DNA of 64,000 nt from Macrostomum lignano (lineage: Eukaryota). Made by a program: the position numbers and the translations under genes. Below, piece after piece: positions 38,880 through 50,414 of this stretch (positions are counted from its first letter, which is position 1; each line of letters opens with the position of its first letter). Below the pieces are notes generated by a model. That model was not told the DNA's origin, made no database searches, and saw nothing but the letters and a program-made list of their open reading frames with translations. Location: the NCBI GenBank assembly GCA_002269645.1, contig NIVC01002212.1, positions 13,784 through 77,783 of the forward strand. Direction: 5' to 3'.

Positions 38880-39760
38880 TCAGCGCTGACTTCAGTGACT
38901 TCACTCGCCGTCAACATGGGCTGACTGTCAACGAAGGTGGCTTTCTGTGGGGCACCAGACTCGTAGTCCCGACAGGATTGCGGCAGCTTGTGCTAAGCGA
39001 GCTTCACCGGGTCCAACCTGGCATCAGCCAGATGCGTGCACTAGTCCAGAGCTACGTCTGGTGGCTGAACATCGACAAGGCCCCTGGAGACTGTGATCAA
39101 GGCCTGTCGCACCTGCCAGCTCATTCAAGTGGACCCGGTCGAGTCTCCAGTCGAGCCATGGGAGCGGCTGCCCGTCGACTTTACGGGACCTGTGGACGGC
39201 CACAGCAACCTGGTGCTGGTGGATATGCGCATTCGCAGTGTCTGGAGGTCCAGCGCATGCATAGCAGCTGCCACAAGTATCTGCCCGAGAGAGATCTTTG
39301 CTCGCCTCGGTCTGCCAAGAGTTCTGGTGTCCGATAATGGGCCGCGATTCGCCCCGGGTTCCCCGAGTTCGTCAAGTCCAACGGCATCCGGCACGCATTT
39401 TCGGCGCCGTTCCATCGGGTGACCAACAGCCGGGCCGTCCTGAAGCGGCAGCTGAGCAAGAGCGGCCACTCCGAAGCGTAGCTCCAACGTCTGCTGTTGG
39501 CCTACTACAATGCGCCACACAGTGTCAGAGTCTCTGCTTCCAGCCGACGTTTGGGTCTCCTGGTGCCATCACTGACCAGCGCCGTGCAACAGCGGCAGGA
39601 GCAGCGACTTGAGCAGCAGAGGGCGGCCCGCCAGTTCCAAATCAGCGACCGCCTGCTCTATCAAGACTTCAGTTTCTTCGGCCACAGCAGTGGAAAGCAG
39701 TCGCTGGGCTGAGGTCGTCATCGACATCGCCGCGGTGACCGCCATTGCACTGTCGGCTCT
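38880..39760 (+). mobile_element. Degenerate Ty3/Gypsy integrase region
   Basis: LRQLVLSELH..GISQMRALVQSYVWW, CRTC, PWERLPVDFTGP, EIFARLGLPRVLVSDNGPRF, with several frameshifts. Confidence 0.75.
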
Positions 39761-42428
39761 GGGCCCATCGTGCAAACTCGGCACACTGGCCAGCTGCTAG
39801 CAGCACTTGCTGGACGTGCCGAGACTTTCCAGCCATCCGCCAGCGCCACCCCGCTGGCTGTCTCGACGGGAACTGCAGCCGCAGAGAGCGCGCCGACCGC
39901 GCCACCGGCAACCGAGGCGAGCGCTGGTGGCGCTACCCGATTCGAGTTCGAACTCCACTCGATCGACTGTAGTTTCAGTGGTGGAGATTTGATCTGACGT
40001 GTGTCTTTGTTCTACTGAAGTTGCTGGCGGGGGGGGGGCGTTCTCTATTCAAGGCGCGCTGTGTCTCAGCTCTGGGACTCTGCCCTGTCGGAGCGCTTTT
40101 GTCTCACTTGCAGAGCGTAAGATGTCAGCCCTTGAGAACAGTCAATAGCCAAAGAACACGCGGGTTAAAAAGAACTCACAGCAGCTGCATAAATAAGAAA
40201 CCCAGCTGGGGGGGGGGGAGCAAGCAGAAATGGTGAAAGGAGCTCAAACGCCCAGCCAATCAGCGCGAACAGGCAGTCACGCATCAAAAAACCTGGCGAG
40301 AAGACAGAAAACGGCTGCTGTAAAGTTTTCCAACCAATCAGCATGCGAGAGAAATTTGAGTACATGCGGGGGCAAATCCCTGCTACCCAATCAAAGCGTC
40401 GCTGGCTCAGACTGATGCTACTTAACCTAATAGTTCACGCACCGCCGAGAAAGTACAAAACAATATCTTCAACTAATAGAATTTCATAACTACATCGAGA
40501 GACGCAGCAAGAGCGGTATCGATGGCTTGAGCCGCAATTTCGATAATCTTCTTTCAGTGCCGGATTGCAGTTTGCTTGTGTTTGTCTTAAGCGGGCTCAT
40601 TGCAATTAGGGAGCCACGTTGCCCTTTGTTTCTTTCTCTTTCTCGGGTTGCCGCTCAGAGGACCCAGTTGTCAAGGCCGGCCCTGTACATGTAAACAGTA
40701 CTCTAGTAGTTTTTTGTGGTTGTAGACGCTCCAGTACATCTATATCTGTGGAGGCCATGAATTACTTTCACAGAGAATGCAGATATAATTACTATACATA
40801 CGAGCAGCATTCCATTATATTCAATACTTTACTTACAGTAGAAATAGCGGAATATTACGCGAATAAAGTTATTTATATTAATCTTATATTTGGTGCTTTA
40901 CTGATAGTAGAAGTATGGGGGAAAAAGCATTTAAACAATACAGTGAAGAAATTTCTTTCAATCAAATCACGACAACACCTCCCACCTTAGATGTCATTGT
41001 GAGTTCTTCACCAGAGGAACTCTGAATTCCTATCAGAAAGAGGGCGTTGCCAAAGAGACGCGCAGCCCGCAACTTCTACAGAGTTGCGGATGCTGCTGAA
41101 GGTTATCGGGAATATAGCAAGTACATGCGTGTCCTTTTAGTCACAAGTTACTCGAGACAATTAGGCGTTGAAAACATATCATTGAAGACCAAAAAATTAA
41201 AAAAATACTGCTGAGTTCTACAGATTGCTAATCACTAAGATTTAATCTGTATCACGTTAATTGGGCCAGGTTTCGCCATAGAAACACTTGGCACAGAAAT
41301 CAATCTGAGCAACCATTTTCTTTTTCAGACTACACGAAGCACATAAAATCGCTGTTTTGCTTCTGGCACCCTGAGTACTTGGTGTCTTTGAATTCGGCAC
41401 TCGACCTGTGCGCTGCTCAAACACTACTCATATTCAAGCTAGTTTCACAGTGGTTCGAGGCTTCGAGCTACACCTGTATTCATGCTTAAACATGTTTAAT
41501 TAATACAAATGAATTGACAAATCTGAATTTGAATCTCGCTCGCATCTCAGATAGATTGCTGAGAGCCCTCGAATTTCTTCTGCCATTGTCAGAAAGCTCA
41601 AAGTGATAGATTAAGAAGATTAGCCCGCATGGGTCTCATTCACAGCTGCGTTGTTAAGCCACATGGCGCGACAATTGCTGGCATATGAGTATCCGCAGTG
41701 AGCTCAGAGTGCGTGGGCGTGCTGATTGGCAAGAAGGGAAAATGCGTGGCAGTCTGATGTATAGTTCAGTTGGCTAAGTGTGTCGGTCTTCCAATTAAAC
41801 TGATTGCATTTCATCAGGCATTCGAGCCCATGCAGATGTTATTTCGACTGGAGCAACAGACGAGCGTGTCGGCTTCAAAATTCTGAGAGAAGATAGAATT
41901 TTCTAGAATTTTAAAAACAAATGTAATTTTGTTAATTGCAAAACAAGCCGCACTGGTAGGGCTCAAGGTGGAGAAGACGGCTTCGGTTGATGGCCGGGCT
42001 GTATAGCAAACGAAAGCTCATCTCATCCCTGTGGGATTAAAACTGCAGACAGTTAAACTTGCCATACCAGTCCAGAGGAGTTCAAGTCTATAGGAGTTCG
42101 TGAGCCACTGTCTCTACTCAAATTCGAACAATTAGCTAAGTCAGATCTATCAATGATGGTCTCAAGCTAGCTGCTCTCTGCAGTAGGGAAATTAAGGAAG
42201 CAAAGCTGAAATGCTTCACACAATAAACCATTGTATCGAGCATTTCTTATTGGCTGCGCAAAAGCCTATGGAGTGGTGGGGGGGGCGCAGGTTTTAAATG
42301 CCTGTGCGACCCGATCCTGCCGCTGCTGGCCTCCGAACTGCAGCCTTACAGCAGAGCAACAGCTCAGAGTCAAGTTCGAACCCTCTCCCGTCAAGAGTCA
42401 AGAGTCAACTAAAGAAGCTTGCTAAGCA

Positions 42429-43155
42429 ATGCCGGTAGTGACAGCCCATACCAAGGCCCTAATCTTGCTGGGACTCGTGCACCTGCTGCTGCTGCTGCAG
42501 GCCTCGGGCGGCGCGGCCAGCCCGGCCTCAGAAGAAGCTCCCGTTGGTAAGCGGGAGCAGCAGCCCCCTCTGGAAAAGCCGTCTTGGATCAAGGAATACC
42601 TGCAGAACCTGCACGGCTACATGACCCTCATCGCCCGGCCCAGGTGAGCCACTGTTTGTGTGAGAAATCAGAAGTGTACTTGTGGTTGCAGTACGTGAAG
42701 CACAGCTGTTGAGAGGTGAAGTAATACTGCCTGGATAGCAGCGCTCTTGAAGTAGTAAGCTTCCAGATGGACCAGAGAGTCCCTGAAGTGTTCCCCATAG
42801 ACAGAATGTCACAGCAGTGCCAGCCCCGCAATATAGAAAGATGATTTTAGGGAAAATGCAAAAAACCTGCTATAGACATTGTTTCAGCGGGAGACAATGG
42901 AAAAATTGCTGCTTTGCTGTTTTTATAATGTTCGCTAAACATGAGCATTCATGCCAGAAGCAGAGGCGAGCAACTCAAAGAGCATCGCTTTTTACATTTA
43001 GATTTTTCTGATCGATGCTCGAAACCTTTTTGGCAGCCACGTTGTCAGAATTGGCGTGAAAAGCTTTAGAATCCTCAGCAACTGTCGCGCACCGCTTCCA
43101 TACCACTCATAAATGAAAAAATTTCAGGTTCGGCAAGAGGCCCGACACGCCCTGA
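42429..43155 (+). CDS. npf: Neuropeptide F/Y (NPF/NPY) precursor, 2 coding exons, 80 aa
   Basis: Exon 42429-42643 (signal peptide, KR, ...KEYLQNLHGYMTLIARP-AG|gtgag) joins exon 43128-43155 (ttcag|G-TTC-GGC-AAG-AGG), giving RPRF-G-KR. Tyr lies at positions 10 and 17 from the C-terminal Phe, and a phase-2 intron splits the Arg codon as is typical of NPY/NPF genes. Confidence 0.92.
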
Positions 43156-43637
43156 TGCAGACTATACCAGCCTCGCGGGCCATCGAAGCTGCTGGCGCTG
43201 ACTGATAGCGCGTCGGCTTTTCCTAAACGCTGCAAATATACACCGCCATTGATGTAGCAAGCTGACTGGCTGAATTGTAATGCTTTGAGTCTTTATTGTC
43301 TATTTTTGGCTTATGAAGAGGCTTGGAAAGCGTTGTAAAGTAACAAAGGAGTTGTTTAGCAAAATATTTAGGTGTTTTTTAATAATAGATTTAACACTAT
43401 ATATTTCTTCCCTCTCTCCAAGACTAATAATAATAGCTGTTTAGCACTCAACAGAGATAATTGCAACTCTGAAACAGCTAATAGCGACCCTGTCGTAAGT
43501 CCAAAATATGCCTACTTGGCCTGCAAATTATTTAGAAGTTTGAGTTCAAGTAAATCTTGCCCTACCGCGTAGAGATATTTATATTCGCTCGAAGCCAATA
43601 ACAAGAAAGAGCATTGTCCATCATAATCCTTCCCCCA

Positions 43638-43887
43638 TGTCTACAAGCAAAATCAAAGTCAGGAAACTGTACTATAGCTATCTGAGCGAACGAGCTCGAG
43701 AGGTACATGAACGACAATGTCATCATAGGACATTGAGACAGCGCCAGTCGGTGAAGCCAAACTCTTACACTCTCGCTGCGCTGGGCACGCATTTATATAT
43801 GGTAAAGTTAGAATTGGGGTGGCGACACCCACCCCACTCCCCAGCCAATCAGCGTACACTTGGGCCGACATGCCGTACGTACGCACA
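43638..43887 (-). mobile_element. Possible 3' LTR of the adjacent Gypsy remnant
   Basis: On the minus strand it follows the purine tract AAGGGGGAGAGA, runs TGT...ACA and contains ATTGG and TATATAAA. No second LTR was found. Confidence 0.35.
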
Positions 43888-44179
43888 CTAAATCTCTCCC
43901 CCTTAAAATAGAGACTGAGAGAGAAGAAACCCGATTAAACGAAACTCTAAAATTTCAAAACTCGAAAGGCTCAGCGATAATGCGGAGATTAAAATAGTGA
44001 GAAAATAAGATATTTGAATAGGAGGCGGGTTGGTCTCGGCTCGCCTCATCTGGAGCTCTCGGTGCAGCGGTCCGCGGCTGGGCGCCAGCGTCGGCCAAGT
44101 TGGGACTGACGACCTTGACCGCCGTGCAGGTCGTGTCATCCCGTCGTAGCAGCAGCGAGTTGCTCGCTGGACTGTCCGG

Positions 44180-45700
44180 GCACCGCTCTCGAATGACGTC
44201 TGCGTCTTGCTGGCACCGACCCGCCATCGCAGCACCGACCCGGACGTTGTGCCCCCTTGGCGCCGGTGTCCGCTTCTCTTAGCCGCTGCTTGTTGATGCG
44301 GACTCGCTGGGATGGCCGGGCAGCGGGAATGACTTCGTTTGGCCGCCGGCCAACGGCTGGTGCGCGCGCGGTGGCCGTGTGCGGCGTGTTCCTGTAGGCC
44401 AGCAGCCACTCGTCCAGAGCGACCTTTCAGTTCCGCCGCTTCTCGAGGGCTGCTCGCACGAATTTTTTGATGGAGTAGTTGAGTCCCGTGGGTGGTCCAT
44501 TGTCTATCACGAGCTCCTGCGGGATCCTGAAACGATGTTGTTGTTGATGGGTCCTACGAAGTCGGCGCCGATCGACAGCCAGGCGCCCGCGGGGATCGGC
44601 GTCGGCTGCAGAGGCGTAGCACGAACGGCTGGTGTGTGCGATGTTGCCATCCTCGGCCACCAGACCTTTGTACTGAGCCTGGCGATCATCTTCTGCGAGC
44701 ACTGATGTCCTTGGTTGGGCCAATTCGAGCATCTGCTGCCAAGACCAGCTGGCACGACGATTCGCTGGTGCCAAAGGAGAACTCTGTCCACCGCAGACAG
44801 CTCCTCTCGCAGCGCGCAGAGCGGCCGTATCCCACTGGCCCCCTTGCGTCGCCGCTATCGTTGCTGGCCATGTCCCGGGTCGCCTCCTCCAAAGTCGGAA
44901 TCTGGTGCCGCTCGCGGATGACGTAGCGGTTGACATTGCGGGGATCCTATGTGATGCGCACCTCACCCGGCTCTTTTTTGGGCACGACGACCATCTGCGT
45001 GACCCACGGTGCCGCTGCGTTGACGGGCCTGATGATCCCGAGCTGTTCCAGCAGCTGAAGTTCCGTGTCCACCGCGCCTGCCAGGTGGATCGGCACCTTC
45101 GACGGTGCATGGCAGACCGGGTGGGCGCTGTCGGTGAGGTGGATGTGGATGAAGCGGCCCGGTGAAGTAGCCGATGCCACTGAACACGCTGGCGTGCTAC
45201 GCAGTACCCTGCCGATGTCCTCGATGTGTACTTGGGGCACTCCGTTAGATCTCATGTCGCTGAGAAAGCCGTCAGCGACCCGCAGCACCTGCTGGCCGGC
45301 TGTCGGTGGTGGCCCGACCCCGCAGGATGTCAATCCCAGTGACAGTGTTCCTCTGCCTGCCGATGATTGCGTAGGCACACAGCAGGCATATGAATTCACA
45401 TGAGCATGGTGACTGGTGTACATGCATGGCATATGAATTTACATGAGCATGGTGACTGGTGTACATGCATGGCCGCGCTCTACAAACGCCGCGCTCTACA
45501 CGAGAGCACGCTTGATGCGGCCTTCTGACCAGCTGCACGGGCGGTGACTTCGACTGGCCTGCCACGTCATCCGGTCGGAGGCTCGCTGCCCTGAGCCGCT
45601 GCACGAGGTGCTGCTGCTCAAGCTGCAGGGAACGCGCAGGCGAGGCCAAGGGCGAACGGCGAGATACCCTGACAGGCTTTTGACCGATGCTGGGGGTGTG
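44180..45700 (-). mobile_element. Internally deleted Ty3/Gypsy remnant (RT N-terminus joined to integrase)
   Basis: AVDTELQLLEQLGIIRPV..PWVTQMVVVPKKEPGEVRI, KVWWPRM, WLSIGADFVGP, IPQELVIDNGP. Confidence 0.75.
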
Positions 45701-46877
45701 ACTTTCTGAGGGCTATGGCCCAGAGACGCTCCAGGGTTCCAAGTCCATGCAACCTGAGCGGCTAATTGAGAAGCAGCTTTTCAGTTCTGCATAGGAACTT
45801 GAGTTTGTTTTACCCGCGCTAATTTGAGTCCAACTCTTGAACTGCAGGATCATTGCACTCATTTTACTTGGAGCTGCGATCTGAGAAAACTTGACCACTG
45901 CTTTCGGAGTGGAAACTTGTGAACATAGAATAAATGTAGCTTGGCCATGTGTGAATGGCAAATGGTAAATGGTACGAAAGCATTATAATGTGGTGATGGG
46001 GCTCAAGGGCTAGGTCCTTTCGTGCCCCTTTCCCAGACCCGGGTTCGCGTACTGACCCTGGCTGCGGTCCTCCACTGACACGCGTACGACGCGGTGTCCG
46101 TCGGGACTAGGCTGCTCGAGCGTACGACGCACGACAGCCTACAGACTCGCGTACGACGCAGAGCTGCTTGGGGTGGGACCGGCGTACGACGCACTTAATC
46201 CCCCTAAGGTGCCTAATACAGAGGCTAAATTGGAAGGCTTACCAGCCGCGATTTCGGTCGTACAACAAGACACAGCGCCGTCAGAGCAGTGGTAGTATTG
46301 ATCGATATTCTTTTAATTGTATTTGTATCGCAATTAACGCTGGTACAATCACCGGGGAGCCACGAAGATGACGAGAATGGGGTCTCAAGGGGGTCCGAAT
46401 AAATAGGCAGCAAACTGGGGGTTGAGGGCGCGGGATAAAGGAGAAAAGGGGGCTTAGACATCAGCATAGGAAAAACATAAGCCGTACCAGCCAATCGCCG
46501 GGGCGCAGCACGGCAGACTGGGACTGGCAGCCAATCACAAACAGCGGCGGGGCAGCAAAGCTAACAAAAGAATGGGGCGGGGGCGCACAGGGCGCACACA
46601 GAGCAAGGGGGGGGTTGACTAAACGGAAAAGGCCTAGGCAGGGGGGTACGCACGCGCAGAAGTGCAGGTGGGTGAGTCAGAAAATATCTGTGGAGGGGGG
46701 AGAGGACGGCCGACTGGCCCGGCGTAGCAAAGTAGCAAAGTACACACAGTCATAATAACACATTCATGACAATAAGTTATAAGTTGAAGGTTGACTTCTG
46801 TTGGTGATGCGCTATGGATTTGAAAAATATATTTTTTATATACGAGTCTACTAAATTTCAAAAACTACGACCTCTAT

Positions 46878-47580
46878 AACAACAACAATAACAACAACAA
46901 AATACGCGGCCCCGCAAGCAAAGGTCACAGTTAGAACAGGGCGGTTCAGATGGCGCGCCGCAGAGCCTGGGAGCAAACAAAGTCCGCTCCGTTGGCAGTG
47001 TCGGGCACCCCAGCGTCGCACAGCAGGCAGTCCACGTATCGACGGGTTCAGGCCTGACCCCGCCTGAACGGACCCTGCAAGGTGAGCAGCAGGACGTCCC
47101 GAACAGGTTGGGGGCAGTAGCCCACGGCCCGGATCACGTGGCCCGCCAGTTGAAGTCGCCGCCGGCGCAGGATGGTGGACGGGCGCTGCAGCTTGGCCCG
47201 ATCGTACAGGGCCTCGGTCCCGACGCTCTCGTCAGCTCGAAAGGCTGCACGGAGCAGCCCTGAGTGCGCCGAGTCCAGCTGCCGCTCCAGCGTAGCCGTC
47301 AGCGTCCACTCGGCGTTGTATAGCAGGACGGTTTCGCCCACCGCCTGCCACAGCTGAGCCCTCTGGCGGTCGGGCAGCGCTTCAGACTGGAGGACGGCTC
47401 GGATCTAACGAAAGGCCGCCCAGGAAAGTCCTCTGCGCCGCCGGAGGTCCTCTTCCACGTAGGGCACCAGACCGCCGAGGTAGGTGAACCGCTGGCAGCG
47501 TGCCTGCTGGGATGTCCGCTGGGATGTCGGCCGGTACTGTCAGCACCTCGGTCTTCAGCGTGTTGACGATCACGCTGACG
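46878..47580 (-). mobile_element. 3' fragment of the RTE-like LINE with a (TTG)n-type tail
   Basis: LLYNAEWTLT..LDSAHSGLLRAAF..LRRRRLQLAGHVIR matches the 35.8-kb and 61-kb pieces. AACAACAATAACAACAACAA lies at ~46878-46900. Confidence 0.75.
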
Positions 47581-47979
47581 ACCTCTATAGAAACTATAAC
47601 TTCCAAGTGGTCTTTGATCATAAACTTCTGCATACCATTGACTCGGGTTCGGCTAATTTCTTAACAGTAGAAAGACGACGCTATTTTTCCTCATGACGAA
47701 AGACCATGGGGGTGTATTACAAATACACGCAACCAATTTCATCATAGCTCGCAAACTGAATAACCGATTTTCGTAAAAGTCCAAAACTTGGATCAAAATT
47801 TCCCCCTCTTTCCAACGAATTAACTTTCAAAGTCATCCGACGTCAGCATCGTCGAGATATTCAACGATTCTTGTCGAAGACACTGGTGGCAAGGACAACC
47901 AACACTACACTGTATAAACCTTTATGGTGAATCCATATTGGCTCAATAATCTGGGTCCATCTGTCGGAGAGGCCTTTCT

Positions 47980-48388
47980 TCTCAGCATCCCAGGAACTAG
48001 GGTCCCCTTCATCACCGTCTGGAGTATCGGCGGCGACCGTCGGGACCTTCAACAAAAGCACCCGATCGGCATCGCAGAGACGGCTGCGTTCCCAAAACTG
48101 AAATGGAAGAATCCTTTTCTGCATGCAGCATTCAGTCAGTAAACACAATCGGTGAATAAAATGGACGACGGCGACCCTCTAGGTTGACCTGTAGACATAC
48201 AAGCGACCTTCGGGACCTTCGGGACCTTCGGGACCTTCGGGACCTTCAACGGAGTGCCACCACGCGGCCCCGACTGCTGGCACCCCCAACATCGTGATTT
48301 TTCTGTCAAGGCACCAAACCAGGCATGTCTGCATATTATACTATGCTTTTGCACCGTGTTAAATTGTAGAGTTACAGATTTAACTGGC
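47980..48388. repeat. Left arm of a long subterminal inverted repeat (partner ~55872-56572)
   Basis: The same pseudo-ORF (MCLLTECCMQKR..) appears at 47861..48148(-) and 56393..56581(+). The match ends at GATTTAACTGGC. Confidence 0.85.
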
Positions 48389-48544
48389 GACTGAATAATA
48401 TAAAATATATTTAATTTGTCAAAAATGATATTACGCATGTCAAAAATGATATTACAGCATTCAGGTAAAGTCGCTCGCTTGATGAAGAGTAGATAAATAA
48501 AGGTAAATATCAACATGAAGTTAGTTATTTATTTATTTGAGTTG

Positions 48545-48584
48545 CCGATGCATTTCGTCCATTTGCATTAGGACATCGTCAGGG
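48545..48584 (-). ncRNA. Minimal type-I hammerhead ribozyme motif (minus-strand copy)
   Basis: Reverse complement of 48748-48787. Confidence 0.7.
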
Positions 48585-48747
48585 TCTTTTTATTTAAGAA
48601 ACAATTTAAACGAATATTCAGTATATATAGATAGTTAAGAGTAACAAGAGTAGTTGAATTGAGTTTTTAATTGATGGTTTAAAACTTGTACATAGGAATC
48701 AATTTTTTGATTGTTTGATTGTTTGAATTGTTTCTTAAATAAAAAGA

Positions 48748-48787
48748 CCCTGACGATGTCCTAATGCAAATGGACGAAATGCATCGG
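48748..48787 (+). ncRNA. Minimal type-I hammerhead ribozyme motif
   Basis: CC-CUGACGA-U-GUCC-(10-nt loop)-GGAC-GAAA-UGCA-UC-GG, with a palindromic AUGCAU stem III. Predicted cleavage is after C48785. Confidence 0.7.
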
Positions 48788-48896
48788 CAACTCAAATAAA
48801 TAAATAACTAACTTCATGTTGATATTACAGCAAATTCAAAGCAGAAGGATCTGAACACTGACACATAGACACAAAGGCTGAGTCAATTGTCACTAT

Positions 48897-49499
48897 TTAA
48901 TTTGGTGCACAACGTGGGCAGTAATGGTGACTCACTGTCTCTTCCATTGCAGTGTGTCTTCGGCAAATTCCTTCGTCACACATGCAACACTTCCTTGTTG
49001 TCGCACTCAAAGCTTCTCATCCTTTGACTTTTGTCTCGCGCGTGTTGCACAGCGCTTTCTACCACCAACTGACACCACAGCCGCCGCTTCGCGTGCCTGT
49101 TCCTTCATTTGCTCGTCGTTGAGTCGACAACCTGCGAGCTGGAACATCAGCCTGAGATGATTGGACAGATTTTGAAGAAGAGCGGCCGATTGCGAGCGCT
49201 CCTCGATCAGAGGTTGCAGAAGTTGCGCAGCTGCCTTGCGCTGGAACTCGTTGCGATAGTTCGGCGAGGCGCAGAGCTCCGGGTGCGCCAGTCTCCAGAT
49301 AGCAGCGGCATTCACAGCTGCTATGTTGAGCATGCCGCCGGAGAAGATTGCCTTCTCGCATGAGTCGGACTTTCGCTTGCAGTCGGATGTGCGGAACATC
49401 CTGTTGCAGGTGTCCGTGCCACTCTTGGTAGAATTGTAGTACGAGCCTATTGCTACAGGCTTGCCATTGGGAAGCAATTGTCTGTCGTGATGCATGGTG
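48897..49499 (-). pseudogene. piggyBac transposase C-terminal remnant
   Basis: MHHD..GKP..YYNSTKSGTD..MLNIAAVNA.., then a frameshifted Cys-rich domain (RKRC.., CDEGICRRH..YCPRC-stop). It joins PKAGRNVVLLST at 55836-55871 across the Pao insertion. Confidence 0.8.
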
Positions 49500-49806
49500 T
49501 GTTCTGATGCTCTTGTCGAGTCATGCAAAAAGAACGAGTCTTCACAGAAACAAATCGACTTTACGGCCGCAGCCCAATGCCAATCTATCTAACCAAAACG
49601 CAGTTGCACACTCTCGAGCAACTGAGACCGCAAACAAATATATATTAGCACTAGCACTTACGTAAAAGGGGGGGGGGGTGCTGAGCGCACGTACGTGCTA
49701 CATGATTCAGAGAGGGGGGTTGGACTTCAATGTACGCAGAAACAAAAACTAAATAATATATATATATCTTAAATCAGAAATAAAAATATACCTTCTCCTG
49801 CCAACA
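49500..49806 (-). repeat. 3' LTR (307 bp) of the Bel/Pao element
   Basis: TGTTGGCAGG...CATCAGAACA on the minus strand, bounded by the polypurine tract and the TSD. Confidence 0.85.
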
Positions 49807-50414
49807 TCCCCCCCTTCCTGACAGAGCAATGTCAGCAACAAAGACCGGAAACACTGAGCTTGAGTACCTAGTAACCGAACGGACAAACTATGACCATAGC
49901 AAAAAAACATACAACGCCTGGGAACAGCACGAGAAGCGTGAGGGCTCAAAAGAGCTCAAAAGCCAAACTGAAAAGATGTCTCGGCACCCGCCACCAAGAC
50001 TCGCAAATGAAAATAATGAAAATGCGCAAGACCGCAAACTGAAATAAGTTACTACTAAACATCAAAAAATATAAAAATTTGCAACTCAGCTTAAACTCGC
50101 AATTTTAATAAAGTCGAAAACGGTTGACAGAAAAAAACCCATCACCATAACTTAACAGAAACTTCAAACAGCTCAAACTCAAAGGAAAAACAAATGCGCC
50201 AACTGCGCTCCAACTAAAATCTGATCCCAAAAAAACCATAAACAAAAACAGACACAACCAATAATCAAAAAAGGCAACGGCTTGAAAAGCCCAAAACTGG
50301 CAGAAAGCCTACCGAACGCACACGATACAGTACAAACAATTTGAAAACTCAACGTAAACTCGGAAAAGCCCGGAAAAGAAAACAAACAGTTCTTAAGCAA
50401 ATGATCAACTCCTC

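Larger units (their letters stand above)
48506..48826. mobile_element. ~320-bp inverted-repeat element (~100-bp arms), probable Penelope-like pseudo-LTR pair or MITE-like insertion
   Basis: 48506-48606 is the reverse complement of 48726-48826, and each arm carries a hammerhead motif. Confidence 0.7.
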
